Source of the DNA: an uncultured Bacteroidales bacterium
Lineage (GTDB): Bacteria; Hydrothermota; 32-111
Assembly (NCBI GenBank): GCA_964544145.1
Contig: CAZJAT010000003.1
Span: 7,804 to 71,803, forward strand
DNA length: 64,000 nucleotides
Direction of reading: 5' to 3'
The notes below the pieces were generated by a model. It worked only from the letters and a program-made list of their open reading frames with translations. It searched no databases and was not told the origin of the DNA. This document shows, in pieces, positions 49,611 to 59,259 of this stretch. Position 1 is the first letter of the stretch, and every line of letters begins with the position of its first letter. Both the position numbers and the translations under genes were made by a program.

Positions 49611-50243
49611 CTAATTTCCTGCAAAACAAAGACCGATTATCTCCATATTGCAATTGCTTTCCTTAATACTTTTCATTGCAGATGTAATAGTTTTTCCTGA
49701 TGTCACAACATCATCAATAATAATAATCCTTTTTATATCAATCTTTTTTGAATTAAATCTTATGTTTCGTCTTTTTCTAAGAAATACAGGCATTTTTGCC
49801 TGCGTTATAAAACTGATTTTTTTATAAAGTAGACCATGTACAACATTCATGCCGGTTATTTCTGAAGTGAACTCTGCAAGCATTTGCCCATGATTATAGA
49901 ATCTGTTAAATCTCCTTATTCTGTCAAATGGTATATATGTAATTGATGCATCTTTTCCTATTTGCTCAATACCCGCAGCTAATATAACAGACATAAACAA
50001 ACCTGCTTCAATAAATGAATGATATTTAAAAGATTTAATTAGTAAGCCAGAGATGTCATTATACTTGCACATAAAATATATTTTATATGGCTCATCATTA
50101 TTGAATAACTGCAAATTTGGTCTTAATGCTGATGCGCATTTTCTACATAATGGAATATTATCTGACAATCTTCTATTGCCGCATTTAATGCATTGATCTT
50201 CGAATAATATACCATTAAGTAATGAAATATCACCAATATTCAT
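49611..50243 (-). CDS. comF: ComF-family phosphoribosyltransferase-domain protein
   Basis: N-terminal zinc-finger-like 'CIKCGNRRLSDNIPLCRKCASAL' and a C-terminal PRTase motif 'IIIIDDVVTSGKT'. Confidence 0.7.
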   Translation of the reverse strand: MNIGDISLLNGILFEDQCIKCGNRRLSDNIPLCRKCASALRPNLQLFNNDEPYKIYFMCKYNDISGLLIKSFKYHSFIEAGLFMSVILAAGIEQIGKDASITYIPFDRIRRFNRFYNHGQMLAEFTSEITGMNVVHGLLYKKISFITQAKMPVFLRKRRNIRFNSKKIDIKRIIIIDDVVTSGKTITSAMKSIKESNCNMEIIGLCFAGN

Positions 50244-51402
50244 ATTTGTCCACTAGGATTTTATTTATAATCCCGATTGAAACGAAGAATAGCATTATTG
50301 AGGAAGGATTAAATGAAAAGAGAGGCATTGAACAATCCCAAAAGGGAATCAAGCCTATTGCAAAACTTATATTCATGATAAAATGAATCAGAATCATTGT
50401 ACTGATGCCAATTATAATATACCTTGAATATATAATACGTATCTGCTTGTATATATATATAATCCTTATCAAAATAATCAATATGAGCAGCATCATTATC
50501 ACAAATCCCAAATACCCCGTTTCTTCTGATATAACTGAGAATATGTACATATCATCCTGTCCTGATATCATTTCCAAGCCTTTCTGAGAGCCCATAAATA
50601 ATCCTTTACCAATAAGCCCGCCGGAGCCAACTGCAATCTTTGATTGCAGGAGATTCCACCCGTAACCATGAATATTAACTGAATTTTCCTTTAAATATTC
50701 AATAATATTGGCTGCATTTCCGGTTTCCCAAGCCCAGATAAATATCGATATAATGCCGCTGATTATTGATGAAAAGAGTACTGCAGCTATTTTAATGATA
50801 CCCGTTCTCATGAAATATAATATCAGGATCAAACATATGAGAAAAAAAATCCAAATAATCGGAAAACTAAAGATAAAGATACTGATAAATATGCTTATTA
50901 TAATAATTATATTTTCTGTTTTCATATCAGCAAGATATAACAAAATAATCTCCATAAATACATATAGAAACGCATTCGACGGCTGTTTCAAATAAATGGA
51001 AATACTCACAATAATCAATGTAATGATAGTCAAAGGTGTATATATTCTGAATGAATTTATATTGTCCTTACGATTGGAAATATATCTTGATGCAAACAGA
51101 ATGTATGTTAATTTTAAAAACTGAGATGCAAACTGATGGAGCAGGACATGCTCCGGTCTTAGTATGATTGATATAATTAATACAATTAGATTAACTGAGA
51201 ATAGTATGTATGAAGAGGCAAAATGTATTTTAACAGGAACAAACTGCATGAATATCATTATAACAATACTTATTGCTATCCACATTGAATACTGCAGTAG
51301 ATTACTGTTATATCCATTTAATGAGCTCATAATTATCAATGCAAAAATAGTAAGTATTAATGCAATTACTGCCAGGATTGAATCAATGTTCATTTTTTTC
51401 AT
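50230..51402 (-). CDS. rodA: SEDS-family peptidoglycan glycosyltransferase (RodA/FtsW-like)
   Basis: 390 aa polytopic protein with 'LLQSKIAVGSGGLIGKGLFMGSQ' and 'GQDDMYIFSVISEETGYLG' matching the RodA 'GSGG...TDFIFAV..EE.G' core. It is adjacent to pbp2-mreDCB. Confidence 0.7.
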   Translation of the reverse strand: MKKMNIDSILAVIALILTIFALIIMSSLNGYNSNLLQYSMWIAISIVIMIFMQFVPVKIHFASSYILFSVNLIVLIISIILRPEHVLLHQFASQFLKLTYILFASRYISNRKDNINSFRIYTPLTIITLIIVSISIYLKQPSNAFLYVFMEIILLYLADMKTENIIIIISIFISIFIFSFPIIWIFFLICLILILYFMRTGIIKIAAVLFSSIISGIISIFIWAWETGNAANIIEYLKENSVNIHGYGWNLLQSKIAVGSGGLIGKGLFMGSQKGLEMISGQDDMYIFSVISEETGYLGFVIMMLLILIILIRIIYIYKQIRIIYSRYIIIGISTMILIHFIMNISFAIGLIPFWDCSMPLFSFNPSSIMLFFVSIGIINKILVDKYEYW

Positions 51403-53155
51403 ATAATTCCTTAATACAATAATACATTATTTTTCTTATCAAATGAGGTAAATTAAATCGTGCATTTTCCATACCCTCGATGCTTAAGGTTATAATAATA
51501 TATGGATCTTCAACCGGATAGAACATCAGCATATTATTGATACTGATATTGCGGGATTCAAACTCAGAGTATAAAGCTCCAATAGGATAATTTTCAATTC
51601 TTGCTGCAGGAATAATTGATTTATCTGAATTAACATTTTGATACATTAACATCTTAATATTATTAACAGCATCTTTATTATACATAATCTGTTTTTTAAT
51701 ACTTTCATTCTTGAATACAGTATTTCCCTTACAATCAGCTATGGAATCTATAAGTGTTGGTGTGACTTTAATCCCTCCATTGATAAATGCTGAAGCCAAC
51801 ACTGTCATCTGCAATAGAGTCATTGTAGCATCCTCTTTACCAGACATCATCTTGACAATTTCTGCATTCCCCCATTCCTTTTTCCCGTATCTTGCTGAGA
51901 AAAATTCAATATCTGGTAAAAATCCGTCAGATTCATTAAAAATATCCAATCCAGTTTTCCGATTCATATTCATTTCTTTTATATAACCTGCAAATTCGGA
52001 GAAACCCACTTTAAGAATCAATTGATCAAAGAAAATATCACAATTTTCAAGAAATGCATCGTTCATATTCAATTGCCCGTGTTCATCCCAGCATTTGAAT
52101 TCTTCATTGCCTATCAGAAGATTTCCGGTACAGGGCTGGAAAAGATCATTTGAGTCAACAATAGTTCTATCCATGGTAATATACATAGTAATTAGCCTGA
52201 ATAACAATAGAGGTGCCTTCTGAATGTCAATGCATCTGTTTATAAAAGGTGAGTTATCATTTCTCTGCAGAAAATCCCATATATCCCTCTTTATCCCATA
52301 AATAAAAATATTGGGATTGAATGACGGTTTGGAAACCATTGATAAAATACGTCCTGTTTTCGGTTCCATAATAATCATATCACATACGCTGTACTCATCC
52401 AGCAATGAATCACAGTATTGCTGGATTGTGTGATTTAATGATGTATATAAATTGTTCCCGGGCTCAGGTTTTATCGCATTATCCTCATTGATACTTCCAA
52501 TGATCCGGCCATTGATATCAATTTCATAATACTTTATTCCATTTATTCCTCTCAAATCAGAATCATAGTGTGCTTCAATTCCGGATTTGCCCGTGAAATC
52601 AAAAAAAGCATATCCCCTTTTAATTAATTCTGAATATTCTTCATTGGAAATATTACCGACATAACCTATGGGATGCGTATACAAATCCTTGAATGGATAA
52701 TATCTGAACACAGTACCTTTAATTAAAATACCGGGAAAAAGATTGGAATTTTCTTCAATCACTGAAACTGTTCTCATATCTGTATCACTCTTAAGCAATA
52801 CCTGTGATTGTCCGTATCTCTTTCCATTACTTATCAGCATACTCAGCGAGTCGATGCTCATATCTGCAAGTTCTGCAATTTCCCTTAATACAATATAATC
52901 CGGTTTTACTATGCCAATATCTAAATACAATGAATACAGTTTCCTCACCGATGCTATCTCTACGCTATCAGATGAAAACATTTTTCCTCTAGGTGCCGGT
53001 TCAATAACCATGCGTACCCTATTGCTCTCTGATAATTCCCGGTATCGCGCTCTGTTCATGATTTGATAAACAAATAGTATAACACCTATTGAAACAGTTA
53101 ATATTATCATGAAATAAAGAATGTGTCTTTCTCGGTTATTCCGAAATAATATCAT
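51383..53155 (-). CDS. mrdA: penicillin-binding protein 2 homolog lacking transpeptidase catalytic motifs (predicted pseudo-enzyme)
   Basis: 590 aa. The N-terminal TM and dimerisation domain and the 'ILSMVSKPSFNPNIF' segment align with E. coli PBP2. At the SxxK position the sequence is 'APLLLFRL' (Ser to Leu). At SxN it is 'ENCD' rather than 'ESAD'. No KTG/KSG is present in the C-terminal third. Confidence 0.65.
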   Translation of the reverse strand: MILFRNNRERHILYFMIILTVSIGVILFVYQIMNRARYRELSESNRVRMVIEPAPRGKMFSSDSVEIASVRKLYSLYLDIGIVKPDYIVLREIAELADMSIDSLSMLISNGKRYGQSQVLLKSDTDMRTVSVIEENSNLFPGILIKGTVFRYYPFKDLYTHPIGYVGNISNEEYSELIKRGYAFFDFTGKSGIEAHYDSDLRGINGIKYYEIDINGRIIGSINEDNAIKPEPGNNLYTSLNHTIQQYCDSLLDEYSVCDMIIMEPKTGRILSMVSKPSFNPNIFIYGIKRDIWDFLQRNDNSPFINRCIDIQKAPLLLFRLITMYITMDRTIVDSNDLFQPCTGNLLIGNEEFKCWDEHGQLNMNDAFLENCDIFFDQLILKVGFSEFAGYIKEMNMNRKTGLDIFNESDGFLPDIEFFSARYGKKEWGNAEIVKMMSGKEDATMTLLQMTVLASAFINGGIKVTPTLIDSIADCKGNTVFKNESIKKQIMYNKDAVNNIKMLMYQNVNSDKSIIPAARIENYPIGALYSEFESRNISINNMLMFYPVEDPYIIITLSIEGMENARFNLPHLIRKIMYYCIKELYEKNEH

Positions 53156-53645
53156 AAATATGCTCAGTAAAAATTACCTTCAAGAATCTGAGCAGCAGAT
53201 ATATCAATACTGTCAGCACGGGAGAGATGATAAGATACTTGATGGATATTATAATATCATGGCTGTTCAGAATAAATACGTATTTAAATATACTGTATAG
53301 AAAAGAAACAAAAAATATATAACTAAGTCTCAAAAGAAAATTATTTTTATAGATTATTGATTTAAATCTGATAATCATAACTATAATAATTATGAAAAAC
53401 AGAGAATGTGATCCCATTGGTGAATGAATAAATGAATCCATTATGTAACCGCACAGCATAAAAACCAATAATATATAGTATGGGTTCAGATCCATAGCCA
53501 TTATGACCAGTAAAATAATAAGCAGATATAATTCAATACCCATAAATGACAAAATCGGGGGACATGTTATGGAAAAATATATTGTAAAATAAAGTACAGC
53601 AGTATATAGAATATATATTATCAGATTCTTTTTATTTGATACCAT
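53136..53645 (-). CDS. mreD: rod shape-determining protein MreD
   Basis: 169 aa with 5-6 TM helices. Assigned from its position between mreC and pbp2. Confidence 0.5.
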   Translation of the reverse strand: MVSNKKNLIIYILYTAVLYFTIYFSITCPPILSFMGIELYLLIILLVIMAMDLNPYYILLVFMLCGYIMDSFIHSPMGSHSLFFIIIIVMIIRFKSIIYKNNFLLRLSYIFFVSFLYSIFKYVFILNSHDIIISIKYLIISPVLTVLIYLLLRFLKVIFTEHIYDIISE

Positions 53646-54439
53646 CCGACTTTCCCTATTGTTGATGGATTGTTACCATTCATTTCATTTGAATTATCAT
53701 TTAAATCACTTATTATAAAAACAAAATCAGTATTCAATGATTGGAACATATCAATAATAATAATTTCATTCTGTTCATTGGTCTCAATAGATTTCACTTG
53801 TCCGACTGGAATACTTGCAGGAAACAATTTACCTAGACCAGAAGTAAAAAGTGTATCATTTATTTTAAGGGATTTTATTTCGGCATTATCAATAATCAAT
53901 CCACCTTGTCCATTGCTTCTACCAATAAAAAACATCATTCCATTCTTATCAGTCAAGCTTATTTTGAAGTTAATATTCATATATGTTTCAATCAGTGAAT
54001 TACCCGGGTCAGATTCAATTATTTTTCCAATAATACCGTCTAAGAACATAACACCCATCTGCTTATGCACTCCATGTGCTGTTCCTTTATCAATAATCAG
54101 ATATCCATTATTATCAATCGAATTAGCTAATATCTCCGATGTTATAAGATTGTGAGCTAGATTCATTTTCAATTTTAAAATACGTCTCAATTGCTTATTT
54201 TCATTTTCGAGTGATTGCTGTCTATATAAAGCAATATTGTTATGTCCTCGCTCATTAAGTATTGCATTGAGCAAATGCTTGTTCTCAACAGCATTGGATA
54301 AGAAAGAAACACTTTTCAATATGGGAATCATTGGCATTCTGCCTGCATGTCTCAAACCTGTAAATGCTTTGTCTCCAATTATAGTTATTATAGTGGTCAG
54401 CAATAAAACAATTGTAATAATATATAGATTTCTATTCAT
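53621..54439 (-). CDS. mreC: rod shape-determining protein MreC
   Basis: 272 aa with an N-terminal TM, a coiled coil (QQSLENENKQLRRILKLK) and a C-terminal beta-rich domain with 'VVTSGLGGIFP'-like 'LFTSGLGKLFP'. Confidence 0.75.
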   Translation of the reverse strand: MNRNLYIITIVLLLTTIITIIGDKAFTGLRHAGRMPMIPILKSVSFLSNAVENKHLLNAILNERGHNNIALYRQQSLENENKQLRRILKLKMNLAHNLITSEILANSIDNNGYLIIDKGTAHGVHKQMGVMFLDGIIGKIIESDPGNSLIETYMNINFKISLTDKNGMMFFIGRSNGQGGLIIDNAEIKSLKINDTLFTSGLGKLFPASIPVGQVKSIETNEQNEIIIIDMFQSLNTDFVFIISDLNDNSNEMNGNNPSTIGKVGWYQIKRI

Positions 54440-55479
54440 TATCTGGATAATTGCATGATAATTTTTTCATGTTGTTTAATATTATCTAATATCTTGCCAC
54501 TTCCTCTGACAACACATTCCAAAGGATTTTCTGCTACTCTTACTCTGAGATTGGTTTCCTTCATAAGAAGCTGGTCAAAATTTCTCAACATTGCTCCGCC
54601 TCCTGTCATTACAATGCCGCTTTCAACAATATCAGCTGCTAATTCGGGTGGGGTTTTTTCTAATGCCTGTTTAACTGCTGTAACTATCATTCCAATTGTT
54701 TCCTTAAGAGCATCTCTGATTTCCTCAGAAGTTAATGTAATCGTTTTCGGTATTCCTTCAACAAGATCAAGTCCTCTTATTTCCAGTTTTTTTTCTTCTT
54801 TTAACTTAAAAGCACTTCCGATATCGGTTTTGATGCGCTCAGTTGTTTGTTCTCCAATAAGTAAATTGTAATTTTTCTTTACATACTGATTTATTGCCTC
54901 ATCCATTTCATCACCGCCAATTCTGATGGAATTATTTGAAACAATTCCATTCAATGCCATAACCGCAATTTCACTCGTCCCTCCTCCAATATCAATTATC
55001 ATATTACCTATAGGTTTGTGCACTGGAAGATCTACACCCACAGCAGCAGCAATAGGTTCTGCTACAAGGTAAACTTCCCTCACACCTGCATGCTCGACTG
55101 AATCCCTTACAGCTCTTGTTTCAACAGCTGTAATACCTGAAGGCACACACACAATAACCCTTGGACGCATAAGTGCTCGAGATTTCTGCACTTTAGATAT
55201 ATAGGTTCTCAACATTAATTCTACCACTTCAAAATCCGCTATTACCCCATCTTTCATGGGCCGTATTGCCTTTATCTCCTGAGGAGTTCGCCCAAGCATT
55301 TCTTTTGCCTCCTGGCCAACAGCAATTGGAGTACCCTTTTTGAGGTCAATTGCAACAACTGAAGGTTCATTCAGGACTATACCAATATCCTTCATATATA
55401 TAAGCGTTGTAGCTGTACCCAAATCTATAGCTATATCATTGGAAATAAAACTGTTGAAGAAATTCCTCATATTAAACAT
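54439..55479 (-). CDS. mreB: rod shape-determining actin homolog MreB
   Basis: 'SNDIAIDLGTATTLIY' at the N-terminus, then 'IIDIGGGTSEIAV' and 'IVMTGGGAMLRNFDQLL'. Confidence 0.9.
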   Translation of the reverse strand: MFNMRNFFNSFISNDIAIDLGTATTLIYMKDIGIVLNEPSVVAIDLKKGTPIAVGQEAKEMLGRTPQEIKAIRPMKDGVIADFEVVELMLRTYISKVQKSRALMRPRVIVCVPSGITAVETRAVRDSVEHAGVREVYLVAEPIAAAVGVDLPVHKPIGNMIIDIGGGTSEIAVMALNGIVSNNSIRIGGDEMDEAINQYVKKNYNLLIGEQTTERIKTDIGSAFKLKEEKKLEIRGLDLVEGIPKTITLTSEEIRDALKETIGMIVTAVKQALEKTPPELAADIVESGIVMTGGGAMLRNFDQLLMKETNLRVRVAENPLECVVRGSGKILDNIKQHEKIIMQLSR

Positions 55480-55561
55480 ATATCCTCCATTATACTATAT
55501 TTGGCATTATACAATATATACATGTAAAATCAACAGAATAATGAATGGATAAGATTTAATT

Positions 55562-56401
55562 TTATTGAGAATATGATTTCATCAGCAGCATCATCTCTCT
55601 TGTTAATTTTGCAGCAGCAGCTGATGATATTCCCGATTTATCATGACATGGTGATAATTCTACAATATCGGAACCAATAATATTGCATTTATTGAATTGT
55701 AATAATGTATTCATCAAATCCCTAAAGCTCCATCCGTCTGCTTCCGGTGTTCCTGTTCCAGGTAAAATTGATGGATCTAAAATATCAAGGTCAATAGAAA
55801 TATATATATTTCTGGCATTGTATAATTTCTTTTCAATTATAGTTGGTACAGGAGAATACATCAGAGAATTACCTATATCATTATATTCTTCCTCTGTGAA
55901 TGATCGTTGGCCAAAACAGATAATATTATCCATTCCTAAGTGTTCTGATATTCTTTTCACTACTGAAGCATGTGAATATGGTGTATCACCATATTCCACT
56001 CTTAAATCTGCATGAGCATCAAAGACAATAAACAGTATGTCAGAAAACTTAGTATTCAACGCCTTAATAATCGGAAATGAAATTGAATGTTCACCACCCA
56101 ATGATATTATTCGCGCATTATGATCAAGTAATGTAACTAAATCACTATATATTGCATCATGTACATGCAATGTACTGCCGGGGATAATTTCCATATCTCC
56201 CGCATCTGCATATCTTATAGAGTGTATATCCTGTTTGAAATATGGTGAAAATGTTTCAAGATTCTCAGAAAAAGTCCGAATCGAATCAGGTCCTTCCCTT
56301 GATCCGCCTCTAAAGGAGCTTGTACCATCAAAAGGAATGCCCCTTATAATAATTTCAGCATTTTTTATATCATTGCTTGCTTCAAGGAATACTTTACTCA
56401 T
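55562..56401 (-). CDS. speB: agmatinase (ureohydrolase family)
   Basis: 'GGEHSISF', 'FDAHADLR' and 'SIDLDILDP' Mn-binding motifs. Confidence 0.85.
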   Translation of the reverse strand: MSKVFLEASNDIKNAEIIIRGIPFDGTSSFRGGSREGPDSIRTFSENLETFSPYFKQDIHSIRYADAGDMEIIPGSTLHVHDAIYSDLVTLLDHNARIISLGGEHSISFPIIKALNTKFSDILFIVFDAHADLRVEYGDTPYSHASVVKRISEHLGMDNIICFGQRSFTEEEYNDIGNSLMYSPVPTIIEKKLYNARNIYISIDLDILDPSILPGTGTPEADGWSFRDLMNTLLQFNKCNIIGSDIVELSPCHDKSGISSAAAAKLTREMMLLMKSYSQ

Positions 56402-57266
56402 AGATTTTTCTTACAAAATTTGGTAGCATAAATGCCGCTCTGTGAATATTTTCATTATAATATTTAAGCTTATCTGAAAATGCTGAAATTCTATTATTGT
56501 CAGTTTTATTCACATTATAATCATGATTAAATGCTATCATAAACTGCCACATTCCAGAGGGATATGTCGGTATATAAGCTAAATACGGAAAAACATATTT
56601 GAATGTTTTCTTTAGATTTCTATATATATCTGTGCATGTATTCGGATAATAATAAGGTGATTCTGCTTGAATAGTCAATATGCCTTTTTCAGTCATATGA
56701 TTAGCACAGTGAGTGTAAAATTTCTCATTGAACAAACCTTCAGCCGGACCTATTGGATCAGTCGAATCAACAATAATCAGGTCAAATTCTTCTTGTGAAT
56801 CTTCAATAAACTTGATTCCATCCCCTACTATTACCTTGCCATTTGGTTTCTCAGAGTATAACTCAGGAAAATATTTTCTGGATACATCAATAACTTCTTT
56901 GTCAATCTCAACCATCTTAACTGATTTAATTTCTCTATATTTGGTCAACTCTCTAAGCGTTCCGCAATCTCCTCCTCCTATAATCAAAGCGTTCTGCACT
57001 GAATCAATAATATTTACAGGTATATGAGTAATCATTTCATGGTATATAAATTCATCTTTCTCTGTAAGCATAATCAGATTATCCAATAGAAGCATCTTTC
57101 CGAAATCATAAGTATCCAATACAGTTATTTCCTGATAATCAGATCTGCTGTGATACAATGTCTCTTTAATCCTTAGAGTTACTCCTGAACAGTCAGTATG
57201 ATATTCGGTGAACCAAATTCCACTCGTTGATTTATTCATTTCATTTGTCATGCTTTTTACTCCCAT
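56394..57266 (-). CDS. speE: spermidine synthase
   Basis: 'ALIIGGGDCGTLRELTKY', 'VEIDKEVIDVSRKYFP' and 'DLIIVDSTDPIGPAEGLF' motifs. Confidence 0.85.
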   Translation of the reverse strand: MGVKSMTNEMNKSTSGIWFTEYHTDCSGVTLRIKETLYHSRSDYQEITVLDTYDFGKMLLLDNLIMLTEKDEFIYHEMITHIPVNIIDSVQNALIIGGGDCGTLRELTKYREIKSVKMVEIDKEVIDVSRKYFPELYSEKPNGKVIVGDGIKFIEDSQEEFDLIIVDSTDPIGPAEGLFNEKFYTHCANHMTEKGILTIQAESPYYYPNTCTDIYRNLKKTFKYVFPYLAYIPTYPSGMWQFMIAFNHDYNVNKTDNNRISAFSDKLKYYNENIHRAAFMLPNFVRKIYE

Positions 57267-57724
57267 AATACAACTGCTGAAAAAGCAGTCCCAATATGCT
57301 TGACACGGTGCTCAACTGATGATGATTTCAATGAATAATTCTTAATACCTCTAATTTTCATTGCTTCACTTGCCATGCTTCTTACAATTGATTCCACATC
57401 ACTTTTCCGTCCTCTTGATGAATATTCCATTATTACTCCGGCTTTCTCAATATCCTCAGGAAGAGCAGCGGCAACACCAGCCGCAATAACTTCACCTGTC
57501 ATATCTGAAGTAATAGATGCATAAGCCACAGGAATAAAACTTCCTTCAGGTATTCTTATAAATCTTGACGGTTTACAGAATGGAGGAATAATGGATGAAA
57601 TCTTTATCAGATTCATATTCCCTATTTTTGAATCCAGTAATGCATTGTCAAATGAATTCAATTTAGAGAATCCCTCGGCATGTCCTTTTACAGTGAAAAA
57701 TCTTTTAGGCTTAAATAGATTCAT
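57257..57724 (-). CDS. pdaD: pyruvoyl-dependent arginine decarboxylase
   Basis: 155 aa with the 'NLIKISSIIPP' Ser-Ser serinolysis site, characteristic of PdaD. Confidence 0.7.
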   Translation of the reverse strand: MNLFKPKRFFTVKGHAEGFSKLNSFDNALLDSKIGNMNLIKISSIIPPFCKPSRFIRIPEGSFIPVAYASITSDMTGEVIAAGVAAALPEDIEKAGVIMEYSSRGRKSDVESIVRSMASEAMKIRGIKNYSLKSSSVEHRVKHIGTAFSAVVLWE

Positions 57725-58122
57725 TATACTACCTCTTCGGCATTAATCGGTTTATGAGGCATTTTTTCTTCAGAATCAAATAATCCCCTTTTCATTTCCA
57801 TCATTGATGTCTCTCCAGATTTTAGCATATCCCTGAGATATTTGTATGCTACCCAAGGATCCAGTGTATCTCCACATGTATATATATCAACTGAAGCATA
57901 ACCGTATTCCGGCCATGTATGAATTGCTAAGTGGGATTCTGCGATGACGACTACACCGCTCACTCCAAAGGGATTGAAATGATGAAAGGAACTTGAAATT
58001 ACTGTTGCATTTGCTTTCTCTGCTGCATCTATCATAAGCTGTTCTATTAATGATACATTATTCAATATATCATTATCGCATTTATAAAATTCTGCTAATA
58101 CATGTTTACCTAAGGCTTGCAT
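57724..58122 (-). CDS. speH: S-adenosylmethionine decarboxylase proenzyme (class 1B, SpeH)
   Basis: 132 aa with the 'VVIAESHLAIHTWPEYGYASVDIYTCG' processing site (E-S) and core. Confidence 0.85.
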   Translation of the reverse strand: MQALGKHVLAEFYKCDNDILNNVSLIEQLMIDAAEKANATVISSSFHHFNPFGVSGVVVIAESHLAIHTWPEYGYASVDIYTCGDTLDPWVAYKYLRDMLKSGETSMMEMKRGLFDSEEKMPHKPINAEEVV

Positions 58123-58339
58123 TCTTTCACACCTCCATAGTCATGGGTTAATGGGCTTTTCATAATTTTTTTCATTCCTAAGAAACACATAATTACTCCT
58201 TATTTGTGTGAAAAAAATTATATATATTTCTATGTAAAATGCAATAGGTATCATACTTCATTACAAAGTCACGGGGAATAGTAAACTTACGGATAACTAT
58301 TATCACTATAAAGTACTTTTTGTTTAAAATGGTAATAAA

Positions 58340-58414
58340 TCGGAGCGACTGGATTTGAACCAGCGACCCCCAGCCCCCCATGCTGGTGCGCTACCCGGGC
58401 TGCGCCACGCTCCG
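58340..58414 (-). tRNA. tRNA-Pro(GGG)
   Basis: The reverse complement reads CGGAGCGTGGCGCAGCCCGGGTAGCGCACCAGCATGGGGGGCTGGGGGTCGCTGGTTCAAATCCAGTCGCTCCGA. The anticodon loop is ATGGGGG. Confidence 0.85.
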
Positions 58415-58512
58415 ATTGTGTCAATATTATATATATTTTTAATTATTTTTCAATAGCAAATAAATGTAAATGATTAAAATGGGCTTGAATTTTTGAATTT
58501 ATTCATTATATT

Positions 58513-59259
58513 ATGAATATGATTAAGATAGAAAGACTGACTAATAAAAATATTGGACTTGCATTTTCATGTGCTAAAGATGCTGATATCTGGGGCTCAA
58601 AATACCACGAATATTCAAATCAAGTGCTTATAAATCACCCGGACTCTATTATATCGTATGGTATAACATATGACAATGAACCTGCTGGCCATTCAATAAT
58701 AATAAAAGGCAATTCGCCATTTAACCCGGTCAAAAGCGAAAAAGCCGCATTTATTCACTGTTTTTACATATCAGAAAATTTCAGGAATGAGAATCTCGGC
58801 ACCCTTTTGCTTAATTATATTGAAAAAGACTTACACAATATTGTTAGTGCAATATTTATTATGTCTGTACATTCTGATAATTCATATGAAGAATTTTTCT
58901 ATAAGCATGGTTTTAAAAATATTGGGAAAGATGAATATTCGCCACTGCTTAGCAAATTTTTTTCAAAAACAGAATATTCTGTCAAACCGCCTAACACCTG
59001 TTCAAATAAAAATGATGCATTAGTAGTAAATTATAACCCTCTTTGTCCCATTATGTTCAGTCAATATAAAAATGCTCTTACTGAGATTAGAGAAGCATTA
59101 CCTGAATTGATGATTATTGAACATTTCCCGGATAAAGAAGATGACCTCTGTGATTACGGTTATTTCGGTTTTTTCTTAAGAAACACACCAATCCTTATTA
59201 ATCCAAAAAAAACAGATGAATTGATTAGAATGATTAGAAATCTGCTCTTTATTTCCTGA
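58513..59259 (+). CDS. GNAT-like N-acetyltransferase domain protein
   Basis: 248 aa. The N-terminal ~150 aa have a GNAT-like beta/alpha pattern ('AFIHCFYISENFRNENLGTLLLNYIEK'). The C-terminal part is unknown. Confidence 0.45.
   Translation: MNMIKIERLTNKNIGLAFSCAKDADIWGSKYHEYSNQVLINHPDSIISYGITYDNEPAGHSIIIKGNSPFNPVKSEKAAFIHCFYISENFRNENLGTLLLNYIEKDLHNIVSAIFIMSVHSDNSYEEFFYKHGFKNIGKDEYSPLLSKFFSKTEYSVKPPNTCSNKNDALVVNYNPLCPIMFSQYKNALTEIREALPELMIIEHFPDKEDDLCDYGYFGFFLRNTPILINPKKTDELIRMIRNLLFIS

Noticed and set aside
49588-49653. N-terminal 22-aa extension of the corA ORF (MQYGDNRSLFCRKLGGKLKKKG)
   Set aside because: CorA homologs begin near the internal MKKKVF. The extension would also overlap the comF 3' end, so it is more likely a spurious upstream start.
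58193-58381. A 62-aa ORF on the minus strand overlapping tRNA-Pro
   Set aside because: It overlaps a well-supported tRNA gene, is AT-rich low complexity, and has no Shine-Dalgarno site.
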